A DNA stretch of 48,285 bases. Origin: an uncultured Candidatus Midichloriaceae bacterium. Its GTDB lineage: Bacteria; Pseudomonadota; Alphaproteobacteria; Rickettsiales; Midichloriaceae. Made by a program: the position numbers and the translations under genes. Below are positions 1-9,536 of the stretch, piece after piece (positions within the stretch are counted from its first letter, which is position 1; each line of letters starts with the position of its first letter). The notes under the pieces are model-generated. The model made no database searches. It had not been told where the DNA came from and saw only the letters and a list, made by a program, of their open reading frames with translations. The stretch spans positions 1-48,285 of the forward strand of contig CAZJPD010000001.1 in NCBI GenBank assembly GCA_964547795.1, read 5' to 3'.

Positions 1-339
1 ATATAAGGATAGGGGAATTAGTGTATACCCCTTCCTTTTTACTAACCCTATTAGTTTTTTTATTTCTTTTTTATGTAATAACAACTTTCTTTGTCGTCTA
101 GGATAATGACTAAATTTTTTTGCTTTACTATACTCATTGATATTTGCACCTAATAAGAAAATCTCATCACCTATTTTGTCTGCATAGGATTCAGCAATAC
201 TAGCTTTTGAACACCTCAATGACTTCACTTCTGTTCCCTTTAATACAATACCCACCTCTATTTTATCTTCTATACAATACTTGTGATAGGCTTTTTTGTT
301 TTGAACAATAATCTTGATGTCTTGGTTGTTTTTCTTCAT
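1..339 (-). CDS. smpB: SsrA-binding protein SmpB, N-terminal 113 codons; C-terminus lies beyond the window start
   Basis: Found by hand, not in the ORF track because it has no stop in the window. ATG at 339..337 gives MKKNNQDIKIIVQNKKAYHKYCIEDKIEVGIVLKGTEVKSLR...PRRQRKLLLHKKEIKKL...GYTLIPLSLY, the typical SmpB pattern. It starts immediately after the kdsA stop. Confidence 0.85.
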   Translation of the reverse strand, partial: MKKNNQDIKIIVQNKKAYHKYCIEDKIEVGIVLKGTEVKSLRCSKASIAESYADKIGDEIFLLGANINEYSKAKKFSHYPRRQRKLLLHKKEIKKLIGLVKRKGYTLIPLSLY

Positions 340-1176
340 TTACTCAATAAATTTTTTGGCAAGATTATCAAATTCGGTAATTTCCTTAAGTAATTTGCTT
401 AACTGGTTTAATGGAAGCATACACGCTCTATCACTTGGTGCTTTATCTGGATTCTGGTGTATTTCTATAAATAGTGCTGCAATGCCAATAGCCACAGCTG
501 CTCTTGCCAGCGGTTTTATAAACCTTCTCTGACCACCACCCCCTATACCTTGTCCCCTAGGTTGTTGTACTGAATGGGTAGCATCAAACACAACTGGATA
601 ACCTGTATCCCCCATTAATTCCAAGCCCCTCATGTCGTTAATAAGCGTATTATATCCAAATGACACACCACGCTCAGTAAGCATGATTCGCTCATTTCCT
701 ATAGATGCTAATTTTTTTACGATATTTTTAACATCCCAGGGGGCTAGAAACTGTCCCTTTTTTATATTAATAACCCTACCTGTTTCCCCAGCTGTTAGTA
801 ACAAATCTGTCTGCCTACATAAAAAAGCTGGTATTTGGAGTATATCAACTACTTCTGCTATAGGATGACATTGTTCTGAAGAATGAACATCTGTCAATAC
901 TGGACATTTTATCTTTTCCCTTACCTCCTGAAATATCGGTAATGAGGTTTTCAATCCAACACCCCTCTTACTATCAATGGAGGTTCTGTTAGCCTTATCA
1001 AAAGAAGTTTTAAAAATGAACTTGATGTTGTATTTCTCTGTTATTTCTTTAATACCCATTGCTATTTCCAATGTATGATCTCTTGACTCCATTTGGCATG
1101 GACCTGCGATTAGGACGAGGGGCAAATCATTAGAAATAGATATATCTCCAAGTGATATTTTTTTAAATTTTTTCAT
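340..1176 (-). CDS. kdsA: 2-dehydro-3-deoxyphosphooctonate aldolase (KDO-8-phosphate synthase)
   Basis: 278 aa, with LVLIAGPCQMES and FKTSFDKANRTS near the N-terminus and DATHSVQ later; length is typical of KdsA. Confidence 0.9.
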   Translation of the reverse strand: MKKFKKISLGDISISNDLPLVLIAGPCQMESRDHTLEIAMGIKEITEKYNIKFIFKTSFDKANRTSIDSKRGVGLKTSLPIFQEVREKIKCPVLTDVHSSEQCHPIAEVVDILQIPAFLCRQTDLLLTAGETGRVINIKKGQFLAPWDVKNIVKKLASIGNERIMLTERGVSFGYNTLINDMRGLELMGDTGYPVVFDATHSVQQPRGQGIGGGGQRRFIKPLARAAVAIGIAALFIEIHQNPDKAPSDRACMLPLNQLSKLLKEITEFDNLAKKFIE

Positions 1177-1265
1177 AACTATTTCGCCCCAAATTTAAGA
1201 GATTTTTATAATTGTTATTGTATGCTAAGTTGATGACTAGCTCAATATATTTTAGTTATTATAAT

Positions 1266-2555
1266 ATGGTAAAAATGCCCCATTGGCCAAAACCCTTTTG
1301 TAAAAATTTTATTGATCTGAAATTAGGGGGGGTAAAGACCTTATTAAGTAGAATAGGTAACCCCGAAAGAAAACTACCACCAGTAATTCACGTAGCTGGG
1401 ACGAATGGCAAGGGTTCTACTATAGCCTTTTTAAGAACTATACTAAAGGTTGCAGGATATAAAGTTCATCAATACACATCACCACACCTTATAAGGTTTA
1501 ATGAGAGAATTGTACTTGCTGATAAAAAAATCACTGACAAACAATTGTTTGAAATCATCGAAGAGTGCAGAACCCATGCAGAAGACCTTAAACTAACCTT
1601 CTTTGAGGCAACAACTATCGCTACATTCCTGGCTTTTTCAAAACATCCTGCAGACATAGTGCTATTAGAAACTGGTCTTGGAGGAAGGCTAGACGCAACC
1701 AATGTAGTAAAAAATGTTATATTGAGTGTAATAACCCCCATCTCTTATGATCACATGGAATTTCTAGGGGATTCTTTGTTGGAAATAGCAAGTGAAAAGG
1801 CAGGTATAATAAAACCAAATTCAAAATGCATTATTAGTTGGCAAGAAAAGGGGGTGCTTAATTTTTTGGTTCGAAGGTGTAAACAAATGGGGTGTCAAAA
1901 TTATGTATGGCAAAGGGATTGGAACTTTGTAAAAATTGATGATGGGTTTTCTTTTATAGATTTGTTAGGGGGAGAGGGGGTTGATTTCCCTATACCAAGC
2001 CTCAGGGGGATACACCAAATAGTAAATGCCTCAACTGCAATTGCAGCCATCAAGGTTATCAATACTGATTTTAATGTGAGTGATACGCATATAAAGCAGG
2101 GTCTGACAAAAACATATTGGGCTGCGAGAATGCAAAAAATTCAAAGTGGTACACTGTCATCTTTGTTGCCTAAAAAATGCGAGCTGTGGCTTGATGGTGC
2201 ACATAATACCTTTGGAGCAGAGATGCTATCAGCAACCTTAAATACACTTCCGCCTATGCCAACTTTTTTAATAAATGGCAGAACCAAAGACAGGGATATA
2301 GAGGGATTTTTAATGTGTTTTATAGGTAGGGTTGAGCATATGATTGCAGTTCCAGTAGAATGGGAGCCACTTAGTGAGAATCCAGAAAAAATAAAACAAG
2401 TGGCAGAAAAAATAGGATTTAGTGCTACTACATCTGAATCGTTGATTGAAGCGGTGCAAAAATGCTTGGAATTAGCAAAAGGAAGAACTATAAGAATACT
2501 GATATGTGGCTCCTTATACCTTGCTGGAGATGTGATGGAAGCTAGGTCAAGATAG
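1266..2555 (+). CDS. folC: Bifunctional folylpolyglutamate synthase / dihydrofolate synthase
   Basis: P-loop HVAGTNGKGST, ETGLGGRLDATN and DGAHN motifs. The track ORF starts at TTG 1212; ATG 1266 fits the family N-terminus better. Confidence 0.85.
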   Translation: MVKMPHWPKPFCKNFIDLKLGGVKTLLSRIGNPERKLPPVIHVAGTNGKGSTIAFLRTILKVAGYKVHQYTSPHLIRFNERIVLADKKITDKQLFEIIEECRTHAEDLKLTFFEATTIATFLAFSKHPADIVLLETGLGGRLDATNVVKNVILSVITPISYDHMEFLGDSLLEIASEKAGIIKPNSKCIISWQEKGVLNFLVRRCKQMGCQNYVWQRDWNFVKIDDGFSFIDLLGGEGVDFPIPSLRGIHQIVNASTAIAAIKVINTDFNVSDTHIKQGLTKTYWAARMQKIQSGTLSSLLPKKCELWLDGAHNTFGAEMLSATLNTLPPMPTFLINGRTKDRDIEGFLMCFIGRVEHMIAVPVEWEPLSENPEKIKQVAEKIGFSATTSESLIEAVQKCLELAKGRTIRILICGSLYLAGDVMEARSR

Positions 2556-2640
2556 TTTTTTCCATATTTTTAGAAATTCCCAAAATTTCCGATTGAAAGT
2601 ATTTTAATAATGTGATACTCATTTCAGCAATATCATGCGA

Positions 2641-2717
2641 TGCGGGGTGGAGCAGCTAGGAAGCTTATCAGGCTCATAACCTGAAGGTCGCAGGTTCAAA
2701 TCCTGCCCCCGCTACCA
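2641..2717 (+). tRNA. tRNA-Met (anticodon CAT), probably the initiator
   Basis: 77-nt cloverleaf with anticodon loop CTCATAA, T-loop GGTTCAAATCC and encoded CCA. The 1:72 mismatch and A11:T24 pair are initiator hallmarks, and the sequence closely resembles E. coli tRNA-fMet. Confidence 0.85.
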
Positions 2718-3075
2718 GAGTTTGGGCTAGATACAGGGGATTAGAGAAAAAGGTAGAATTTTATGTTTCCGCACTGTTTCCGAAAAATAACTAAGATAGG
2801 GACGCCTTAAAAAGAAAATTGTTTATCTATAAAGATTGATAAAAGGCTTTTTAAGCTTACTAATGGGGTGTTGGGTAAAAGGAAATAAGCTAAAAAAGGG
2901 GCTTCTACAAAATCATTTAATCAATGAATTACAATCCATCTACTATTAGGTTTACATAATCCATGGATAATATAACATTTCATCTATCTCTAGGCAATAT
3001 TTCCAAAATTCTTACCTTTACAGAATGACTTTTTTTGTATATACAATCTATATTAGCTTTAATATATGGTTGCTT

Positions 3076-3528
3076 ATGACAGTAAAAATTAGGTTAGCAA
3101 GATTCGGAGCTAAAAAGAGACCTTGTTATAGAATGGTGGTTGCTAATTCAAATGCATCAAGGGATGGAAAATTTTTAGAAAAGGTTGGGATATATAATCC
3201 AATGCTATCCAAAGAAGACGAAAATAGGGTTGTTCTTAATCAAGATAGGATAAAGCATTGGCTATCAGTCGGTGCACAACCAACAGAGAGGGTAAGTAAG
3301 TTTTTGGAAAAAACAAAAGTTATCAAGATTAAAACCACTATAAAAAGGGGTGTGAGAGCTAAAATCACTACAGATATACCCGCTAAAAAAGAACTCAAAG
3401 AGAAAGACAAGGTAGTTGCAGGTAAGTTTGTTGAGAAGGGGGTTGAAAAGGACAAAGTAGTTGTAGATAAGCCTGTTGAAGAAAAACTGGAGAAAAATAA
3501 AAAAGCAGAAGACGACAAAGATAAATAA
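3076..3528 (+). CDS. rpsP: 30S ribosomal protein S16 with a long Lys/Glu-rich C-terminal extension
   Basis: [25 protein letters not shown]...GIYNP is canonical S16. ATG 3076 was chosen over the track start at 3025. The tail carries a repeated EKDKVV motif. Confidence 0.9.
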   Translation: MTVKIRLARFGAKKRPCYRMVVANSNASRDGKFLEKVGIYNPMLSKEDENRVVLNQDRIKHWLSVGAQPTERVSKFLEKTKVIKIKTTIKRGVRAKITTDIPAKKELKEKDKVVAGKFVEKGVEKDKVVVDKPVEEKLEKNKKAEDDKDK

Positions 3529-3567
3529 TTCTACCTATCAAGTAAGCTTGATATTAGAGGTAAGAAA

Positions 3568-4290
3568 ATGTGGTGGGTAAATATCTTGACATTATTTCCT
3601 GAAATATATCCAGGTCCGATACAGTATTCAGTTCATGGCAAAGCGTTAGATGCAAAATTATGGGATATAAAGATCAAAAATATAAGAGACTTTGCTTTTA
3701 ACAAGCATAAAACCATAGATTCCCCACCTTACGGAGGGGGGGGGGGAATGATATTAAGAGCAGATGTTTTGGGTGAAGCAATAGAAAAATTCTTTTTGCC
3801 TAATAGATTTCCCATTATCTATTTGTCCCCTAAAGGTAGATTATTTAACCAAAAAATGGCAAAAATTTTTGTCCAATCAGCCGATGGGATAAATATTTTA
3901 TGTGGACGCTTTGAAGGTATTGATGAGAGAGTAATAAAAGAGTACAAAATAGTTGAAATTAGCATAGGAGACTATATACTATCTTCTGGTGATATAGCTG
4001 CATTAGCTATTATAGATTGCTGTCTAAGGTTGTTACCTAGGTATTTAGGAAATGAAAAGTCGCTGAAAGAAGAGAGTTTTGGAGAAGGTTATTACGAAAA
4101 CCTACTGGAGTATCCGCATTATACCAAACCTGTTGTGTGGAAATCTAATGCAGTGCCTGAGGTATTGATTTCAGGTCACCACGTTAAGGTTGATGAATGG
4201 AGACTGAATAAAGCAAAAGAAGAGACAAGGAATAAGAGACCGGATTTATGGAGCAAATACTTAAATGGAGTTAAAAATGAACTTAGTTGA
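3568..4290 (+). CDS. trmD: tRNA (guanine37-N1)-methyltransferase
   Basis: Motifs LTLFPE, PPYGGGGGM, GRFEGIDERV and SIGDYILSGG-like; follows rpsP as in the conserved operon. Confidence 0.9.
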   Translation: MWWVNILTLFPEIYPGPIQYSVHGKALDAKLWDIKIKNIRDFAFNKHKTIDSPPYGGGGGMILRADVLGEAIEKFFLPNRFPIIYLSPKGRLFNQKMAKIFVQSADGINILCGRFEGIDERVIKEYKIVEISIGDYILSSGDIAALAIIDCCLRLLPRYLGNEKSLKEESFGEGYYENLLEYPHYTKPVVWKSNAVPEVLISGHHVKVDEWRLNKAKEETRNKRPDLWSKYLNGVKNELS

Positions 4291-4648
4291 AAAATACATC
4301 AAAAAACAAATTACTACCCTTGTGAAGGGCAAGGATTTGCCTGATTTTAAACCAGGGGATACAGTAAAAGTACACAATAAAATTATAGACGAAACTAGTG
4401 AACGTATACAGATTTTTGGGGGGGTTTGTATTGCAAGAACCAATAGCAAGTTGGGTTCTACATTTAAAGTAAAAAAAATCAGTGGAGGTATGTGTTTTGA
4501 AAAGACATTTCCTCTTTATTCCCAATTGGTAGCAAAAATAGAGCTGATACGAAAAGGTAATGTTAGAAGGGCAAAGTTGTATTATATGAGAGAGTTGGTG
4601 GGCAAAGTAGCTAGAATTAAAGAAAGAATAGAGTTGGGTAGCAATTAA
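4277..4648 (+). CDS. rplS: 50S ribosomal protein L19
   Basis: Contains PDFKPGDTVKVH and ERIQIFGGVCIAR..., typical of L19. Overlaps the trmD 3' end; the start could be 4265 or 4277. Confidence 0.9.
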   Translation: MNLVEKYIKKQITTLVKGKDLPDFKPGDTVKVHNKIIDETSERIQIFGGVCIARTNSKLGSTFKVKKISGGMCFEKTFPLYSQLVAKIELIRKGNVRRAKLYYMRELVGKVARIKERIELGSN

Positions 4649-4653
4649 AAAAA

Positions 4654-4670
4654 GACCCAATAAGTGGGTC
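4654..4670. terminator. Perfect 6-bp hairpin (GACCCA-ATAAG-TGGGTC) flanked by an A7 run
   Basis: Read on the minus strand it is a hairpin followed by T7, which is terminator-like for murB-side transcription. It also sits directly after the rplS stop. Function is inferred only. Confidence 0.4.
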
Positions 4671-4864
4671 AATCAGATTATTCGTGTAAATAGAAAAATT
4701 TTATTTATCAATTAAATCATATTTTAAACCCCCACATAAAGGTTCAAATTGATTAAGAGCAAGAATCCTATTTTAGCTTCGCTGCTTTCAGCATTTGATG
4801 GACCAACCCATAAGATTAGCTCATTTACTAATTTTTTACTTACTATTGACCTTTTTTAGATAGT

Positions 4865-5755
4865 TTATCCAATAATTTTTATCTCCTCTTCCAGGTCAAT
4901 ATTGAATTTTTCCTTTACTCTTTCCTTAGCAGTTTTTATCAAAAATTCTAAATCTGAGGTTTTGGCATTTCCCTCATTTACCAAAAAATTACAATGCAAT
5001 TCTGAAAATTTTGCATCGCCTTGTCTCATACCTCTTAATCCACATTGGTCAATCAACTGCCAAGCTTTATGATTGTTTGGATTTTTAAATGTAGAACCAC
5101 CTGTTTTGGATTTTATAGGCTGAGTTGATGATCTTTGCTTTTGAATATTTCCAATTACCTTTAGTATTTCAGCTTTATCTCCCTTTTGTCCCCTCAGCTT
5201 TGCTTCATAAAATATCCATTCATCGCTTAGATTTTTTCCTCTATAGCGATAACCAATCTCTCTGTTTTGAAAAGTTTTCATTTCTCCAGTCAGCATACTA
5301 ATTACCTTAGCTTCAATTAAACCCGATGATGTATCCTTATTATAAGCACCTGCATTCATAGCCAAAGCTCCTCCTATACTTCCTGGAATCCCAGCAAAAA
5401 ATTCAAGTCCTGCTATTGAGTTTTTTGCTGCATAAGTAGCAAGATTTAAATCCAAACATGCACCTCCTACCACAATATCGTTACCCCCATACTCAATATA
5501 ATTAAATCCTGATCCAAGCTTTATCATAACACCCTTTATTCCACCATCACGAATCAATAAATTAGAGCCTGCACCCATAATATAAACAGGCAAATCTCCA
5601 GGCTTATTCAATAAAAAACATTCTAAATCTTCAACATCTTGTGGAATAAATAAAACCTCAGCGATAGCAGTTGTTTTAAACCAACACATCTTGCCAACAT
5701 CAGCATTTTCTCTGTACTTTCCTTTAATCTCTGGTAAACTATCGGTGGTAAACAT
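4865..5755 (-). CDS. murB: UDP-N-acetylenolpyruvoylglucosamine reductase
   Basis: 296 aa; GAGSNLL FAD-binding motif, GGSTFKNP, and a typical MurB C-terminal domain. Confidence 0.9.
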   Translation of the reverse strand: MFTTDSLPEIKGKYRENADVGKMCWFKTTAIAEVLFIPQDVEDLECFLLNKPGDLPVYIMGAGSNLLIRDGGIKGVMIKLGSGFNYIEYGGNDIVVGGACLDLNLATYAAKNSIAGLEFFAGIPGSIGGALAMNAGAYNKDTSSGLIEAKVISMLTGEMKTFQNREIGYRYRGKNLSDEWIFYEAKLRGQKGDKAEILKVIGNIQKQRSSTQPIKSKTGGSTFKNPNNHKAWQLIDQCGLRGMRQGDAKFSELHCNFLVNEGNAKTSDLEFLIKTAKERVKEKFNIDLEEEIKIIG

Positions 5756-5771
5756 TTAAAACGAGTCTTAT

Positions 5772-6903
5772 ATGAATACTGAAATTCTAGGTATCAAGGA
5801 TAGCATAGAAAAGTCATTAGAACTACTAAGAGGTTATCTTTGACCTGGAAGAGGCTGAGAAAAAATTAAAAGAGTTATCAAAAAAAGTTGAAGATCCGAA
5901 TTTATGGTCTGATCAAAACAAGGCTAAATCCATATTGAGAGAAAAAAATTACCTAGAGGCTAATATAGGGAAAATTGCATCCATAAGTGATGATTTAAAA
6001 TCTTATCTGGATATGATTAAATTGTCAGAAATTGAAGGGGATGAAGAGATTTATAATGAGACCTTACTTCAACTAAAGGAGTTAGAAGATTCAGCAAAAA
6101 AACAAGAGATAGGATGTTTATTTAGTGGTGAGTTAGATGAAAATCATTGCTTTCTGGAAATTCATTCAGGGGCTGGTGGGACAGAAAGCGACGATTGGGC
6201 TTCTATGTTAATGCGAATGTATACTAGATGGATAGAGAGACATAATTTTCAATATGAGATCATCGATACCTTAATTGGTGATGGGGTGGGTATAAAATTC
6301 GTTACATTTAAAATAAAAGGAAAGAATGCTTTTGGTTGGTTAAAAACAGAGAGAGGTGTACATCGTTTAGTAAGAATATCACCATTTAACAGTGCAGGGA
6401 AACGCCATACTAGTTTTGCAAGTGTTTGGATTTATCCAAAGATTGATAATAATGTCTCTGTTGAAATCAAAGAATCTGATTTGAGGATTGATACATATCG
6501 CTCATCAGGAGCAGGAGGACAGCATGTTAATACCACAGATAGTGCAGTTAGAATAACGCATTTGCCTACAAAGATTATTGTACAATGTCAGAATAATAGG
6601 TCGCAACATAGAAATAAAGATGAGTGCATGTCTATGTTACGATCTAAGTTATATGAAATTGAGTTAAAGAAACTAGAGGATAAGGATGATAAGAAAAACT
6701 CGGAAAAAACAGAAATCGGATGGGGGAATCAAATTCGTTCTTACGTTCTACATCCATATAAGATGGTGAAAGACTTGCGTACCCAGCACCAAACCACCAA
6801 TATTGAGGCTATTTTATATGGTGATATTGATGACTTTATCCAAAAGGCTTTAAAAGACTCTGTTAGTGGGAAAGGCTTGAAAAAACTCCAAGTAAAAAAA
6901 TAA
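5772..6903 (+). CDS. prfB: Peptide chain release factor 2, expressed through a programmed +1 frameshift
   Basis: The frame-0 ORF (ATG 5772) runs 23 codons to CTT TGA at 5838..5843. The +1 frame from GAC 5842 is continuous with the long track ORF, which contains SPF and GGQ (SGAGGQHVN) motifs. Confidence 0.9.
5829..5844 (+). promoter_or_regulatory. prfB recoding site: internal SD-like AGAGGT, then TAT CTT TGA C
   Basis: Near-identical architecture to the E. coli prfB shift site (AGGGGG TAT CTT TGA C). Confidence 0.8.
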
Positions 6904-6970
6904 AAACTTGAAGAAAATTGCTAATTCTACTACAAGTTATTATAACTTTTATGATGAGCAATATAATATA

Positions 6971-7516
6971 ATGAATTATCCTTTAATGCCAATAGCAACA
7001 GCTATATGGTTAGTTGAGAATACAACACTTACTTTTGAGCAAATTGCAATTTTCTGTGGATTGCACATACTTGAGGTTCGAGGCATTGCTGATGGAGGGG
7101 TTGCACAAGATATTAGGGGGGTAGATCCAATAACTCATGGGCAACTGACTAAAGATGAAATTAAAAAATGTGAAAAAGATAGTACTGAGAGATTAATTTT
7201 ATCAGAATTAGCTGTTAAGCTTATAAAAGAACAACAGAAAACTAATAAAAGGGGGAGTTACATTCCTATTGCAAGAAGGCAAGATAAACCTAATGCTGTA
7301 ATGTGGTTGCTTAAAAATTGTCCTAAAATGACAAATGCTCAGATTTCTAAATTGATCGGGACAACAAAAAATACGATAAATTTAATACGTGAAAAAACAC
7401 ACTGGAATTATAGTAGCCTTCGTGTTAAAAACCCCGTTTTACTTAGTCTTTGTACACAAACTGAACTGAACTATATACATGAGGTAGCCAAGAAAAAAGC
7501 AGAAGATGATAAGTAA
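6971..7516 (+). CDS. DUF1013-family protein (alphaproteobacterial TrcR-like regulator)
   Basis: PLMPIATAIWLVENTTLTFEQIAIFCGLH..., KRQDKPNAVMWLLKN and ISKLIGTTKNTIN...THWN match the conserved alphaproteobacterial DUF1013 pattern. ATG 6971 is preferred to the TTG at 6908. Confidence 0.75.
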   Translation: MNYPLMPIATAIWLVENTTLTFEQIAIFCGLHILEVRGIADGGVAQDIRGVDPITHGQLTKDEIKKCEKDSTERLILSELAVKLIKEQQKTNKRGSYIPIARRQDKPNAVMWLLKNCPKMTNAQISKLIGTTKNTINLIREKTHWNYSSLRVKNPVLLSLCTQTELNYIHEVAKKKAEDDK

Positions 7517-7635
7517 GTAAAATTGGCACTGTTGCAAAGTGTATATGTGTCAAGTTAAGGGATGTAAGGGTGGTAAATTGAGGGATTGAAATGTAGAAAG
7601 TAGCCTTTTCCTATCTTTTTTAGTTTATCTCAATC

Positions 7636-7890
7636 TATAGCTTATTTCACCAAAGTGTGGAGATTGTTGTAGCTGTACATCTTGGTCATTGCGAGCCTAC
7701 AGCAGTAGGCTTGGCAATCCACCCCCCTGCCCTGTCATTGCGAACTCACAGAGTGAGTATGACAATCCCTGGATCACCACAGTCGCTTTCACTCCATCGT
7801 GATGACGGAATAAAAAAGTCGAAATATAATTATCCCTATATGAGCGAGAATGCGATGCTGTAGATACCTAAGTGTACTAAGTTATATTAT
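7636..7890 (+). repeat. GC-rich palindromic intergenic repeat, composite copy A (RPE-like)
   Basis: Contains two GTCATTGCGA-[6-bp hairpin]-GGCAATCC modules, a GGATCACCAC...CGTGATGAC hairpin, and a 56-bp tail module. Homologous copies lie at 9254..9430 and 18100..18298 (reverse), with the tail repeated at 39851..39906. Confidence 0.7.
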
Positions 7891-8001
7891 GCAAGAAAGT
7901 ATGTATTTTTATATAGTAGGAATTATGATATATAACTTATTGTATATTATTTTTGATATTTAGCATTATGCTATAATATGAAGTTTTAACCTATCTTCGA
8001 T

Positions 8002-9207
8002 ATGAGTATTGTACGGAAAGCTTTTCCTTTTTTTAGTCGAGACAATAATACTGCTTTTTTTGATTCCGCTGCAAGTACACAAAAGCCGAAAAAAGTAATA
8101 GACAAGTTAAATGAAATATATTCATACGATTATGCAAATATCCACAGGGGGCTTTATGATTTAAGTGCAAAGCTGACAGCTGATTTTGAACAAGTTAGGG
8201 AGAAAGTCGCAAAATTCATCAATGCTAAATTCACACATGAAATTGTCTTTACAAAAAACGCAACAGAAGCAATCAATTTGGTTGCTCACTCTTATGGCAT
8301 CCCCTTTATTCATAAAGGTGATGAGGTACTAATTTCCACTATGGAACATCATTCTAATATCGTCCCATGGCAACAACTCTGTAAAGAAAAAAATGCTGTA
8401 CTGAAGGTTATACCCATTACTAAAGCTGGAGATATTAAATACAATGAACTTGAGAAAATAGTATCTAATAAAACAAGGATGTTAGCAATTACACAAATGT
8501 CTAATGTTTTTGGCTCAATAGTTGACATCAAAAAAACTATTAGTATGGCAAAAAAGGTTGGGGCAAAGGTTTTAGTTGATGCCTGTCAATCGACTGCACA
8601 TATTAAGGTTGATGTTCAGAATTTGGATTGCGATTTTTTAGTCTTCTCATCACATAAATTATATGGTCCTGCTGGAGTTGGTGTTCTATATGGTAAGGTT
8701 GCATTGCTTGATAGTATGGACTTATACCAAACAGGGGGTTCTATGATAAAAGAGGTAACCTTCGATCATACAACTTTCTTGAAAACACCACATAAGTTTG
8801 AGGTGGGTACTCCTGCAATTGTTGAGGTGATTGCATTTGGGGTGGCATTGGATTACCTACATTCAATTGACTTGCCACATATTTGGCGGGAAGAAAAAAA
8901 ACTTGCAGAATATATAAGGGGGGAAATAGGAAAACTGGGAGGTTATGAAATATTAGGAAGCGATAATAGTATTATCTCTATTTTGCATTCCCATGCACAT
9001 CATTCTGATATTGGAGAGGTATTGAATCAATGTGGAGTTGCAATTAGGACAGGACATCATTGTACACAACCACTGATGAGTTATTTGGGTATTACAGGTA
9101 CTGCAAGAATCTCTTTAGGAATATATAATAACTTTGAAGATGCAGACAGGCTACTTGAAGCTCTCAAAAAAGTTAATAAAATTTTTGACATTACTAAGCA
9201 AACATAG
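8002..9207 (+). CDS. sufS: Cysteine desulfurase, SufS/CsdB-like (class V aminotransferase)
   Basis: FFDSAASTQKP, ANIHRG, SSHKLYGPAGVGVLYG (PLP lysine) and RTGHHCTQPLM (active-site Cys loop). Confidence 0.85.
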   Translation: MSIVRKAFPFFSRDNNTAFFDSAASTQKPKKVIDKLNEIYSYDYANIHRGLYDLSAKLTADFEQVREKVAKFINAKFTHEIVFTKNATEAINLVAHSYGIPFIHKGDEVLISTMEHHSNIVPWQQLCKEKNAVLKVIPITKAGDIKYNELEKIVSNKTRMLAITQMSNVFGSIVDIKKTISMAKKVGAKVLVDACQSTAHIKVDVQNLDCDFLVFSSHKLYGPAGVGVLYGKVALLDSMDLYQTGGSMIKEVTFDHTTFLKTPHKFEVGTPAIVEVIAFGVALDYLHSIDLPHIWREEKKLAEYIRGEIGKLGGYEILGSDNSIISILHSHAHHSDIGEVLNQCGVAIRTGHHCTQPLMSYLGITGTARISLGIYNNFEDADRLLEALKKVNKIFDITKQT

Positions 9208-9253
9208 GTTTGAAGAAGAAATGCAAATAAAGTGACAGCTCTAGCATATTCAG

Positions 9254-9430
9254 TATAGCTTATTTCAGTAAGGTATGGAGATTATTGTAGTTGTACATCT
9301 TGGTCATTACGAACCTACCAATAGTAGGTGTGGCAACCCACCTTTTATAAGGGATGCCTGGATCACCACGTTTGTTGTTGCTCCCTCGTGATGACGACTT
9401 GGTTTTATGTTTGCTCCTTCGTGAGATGAC
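9254..9430 (+). repeat. GC-rich palindromic intergenic repeat, copy B
   Basis: Same 5' leader as copy A (TATAGCTTATTTCA...GGAGATT.TTGTAG.TGTACATCTTGGTCATT), plus the hairpin module, GGATCACCACG...CGTGATGAC, and a partial duplication of the 3' end. Confidence 0.7.
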
Positions 9431-9536
9431 AATATGTTACTATCTAAACATACACTCATACTTAAAGGGGGCAAGGTAGCTAAAAAGGAGGGAGATAAAG
9501 CTACACTACCACTTCAAATGATAGACTTTCCACTAA

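Noticed and set aside
2718-3075. Possible integrated-element scar or ncRNA downstream of tRNA-Met
   Set aside because: I found no direct repeat of the tRNA 3' end, no integrase fragment, and no conserved RNA motif (tmRNA or RNase P signatures were looked for and not seen).
3529-3567. Missing rimM between rpsP and trmD as a notable deletion
   Set aside because: The 39-nt spacer has no remnant to evaluate, and rimM may be encoded elsewhere. Nothing can be judged from this window.
4741-4830. Weak similarity (TAGCTTCGCTG.TTT..CA) between 4785..4810, 18340..18365 and 39806..39825 as a third repeat family
   Set aside because: The matches are short and gappy, and I cannot distinguish them from chance by eye.
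7657-7863. 68-aa ORF (MEIVVAVHLGHCEPTAVGLAIHPP...)
   Set aside because: It is simply the translation of the GC-rich palindromic repeat. The other copies do not preserve the frame, and there is no SD or family resemblance.
7841-7864. Mini-ORF ATGAGCGAGAATGCGATGCTGTAG (MSENAML) conserved in both copies of the 56-bp module
   Set aside because: It has seven codons and no SD. The conservation is explained by the repeat itself.
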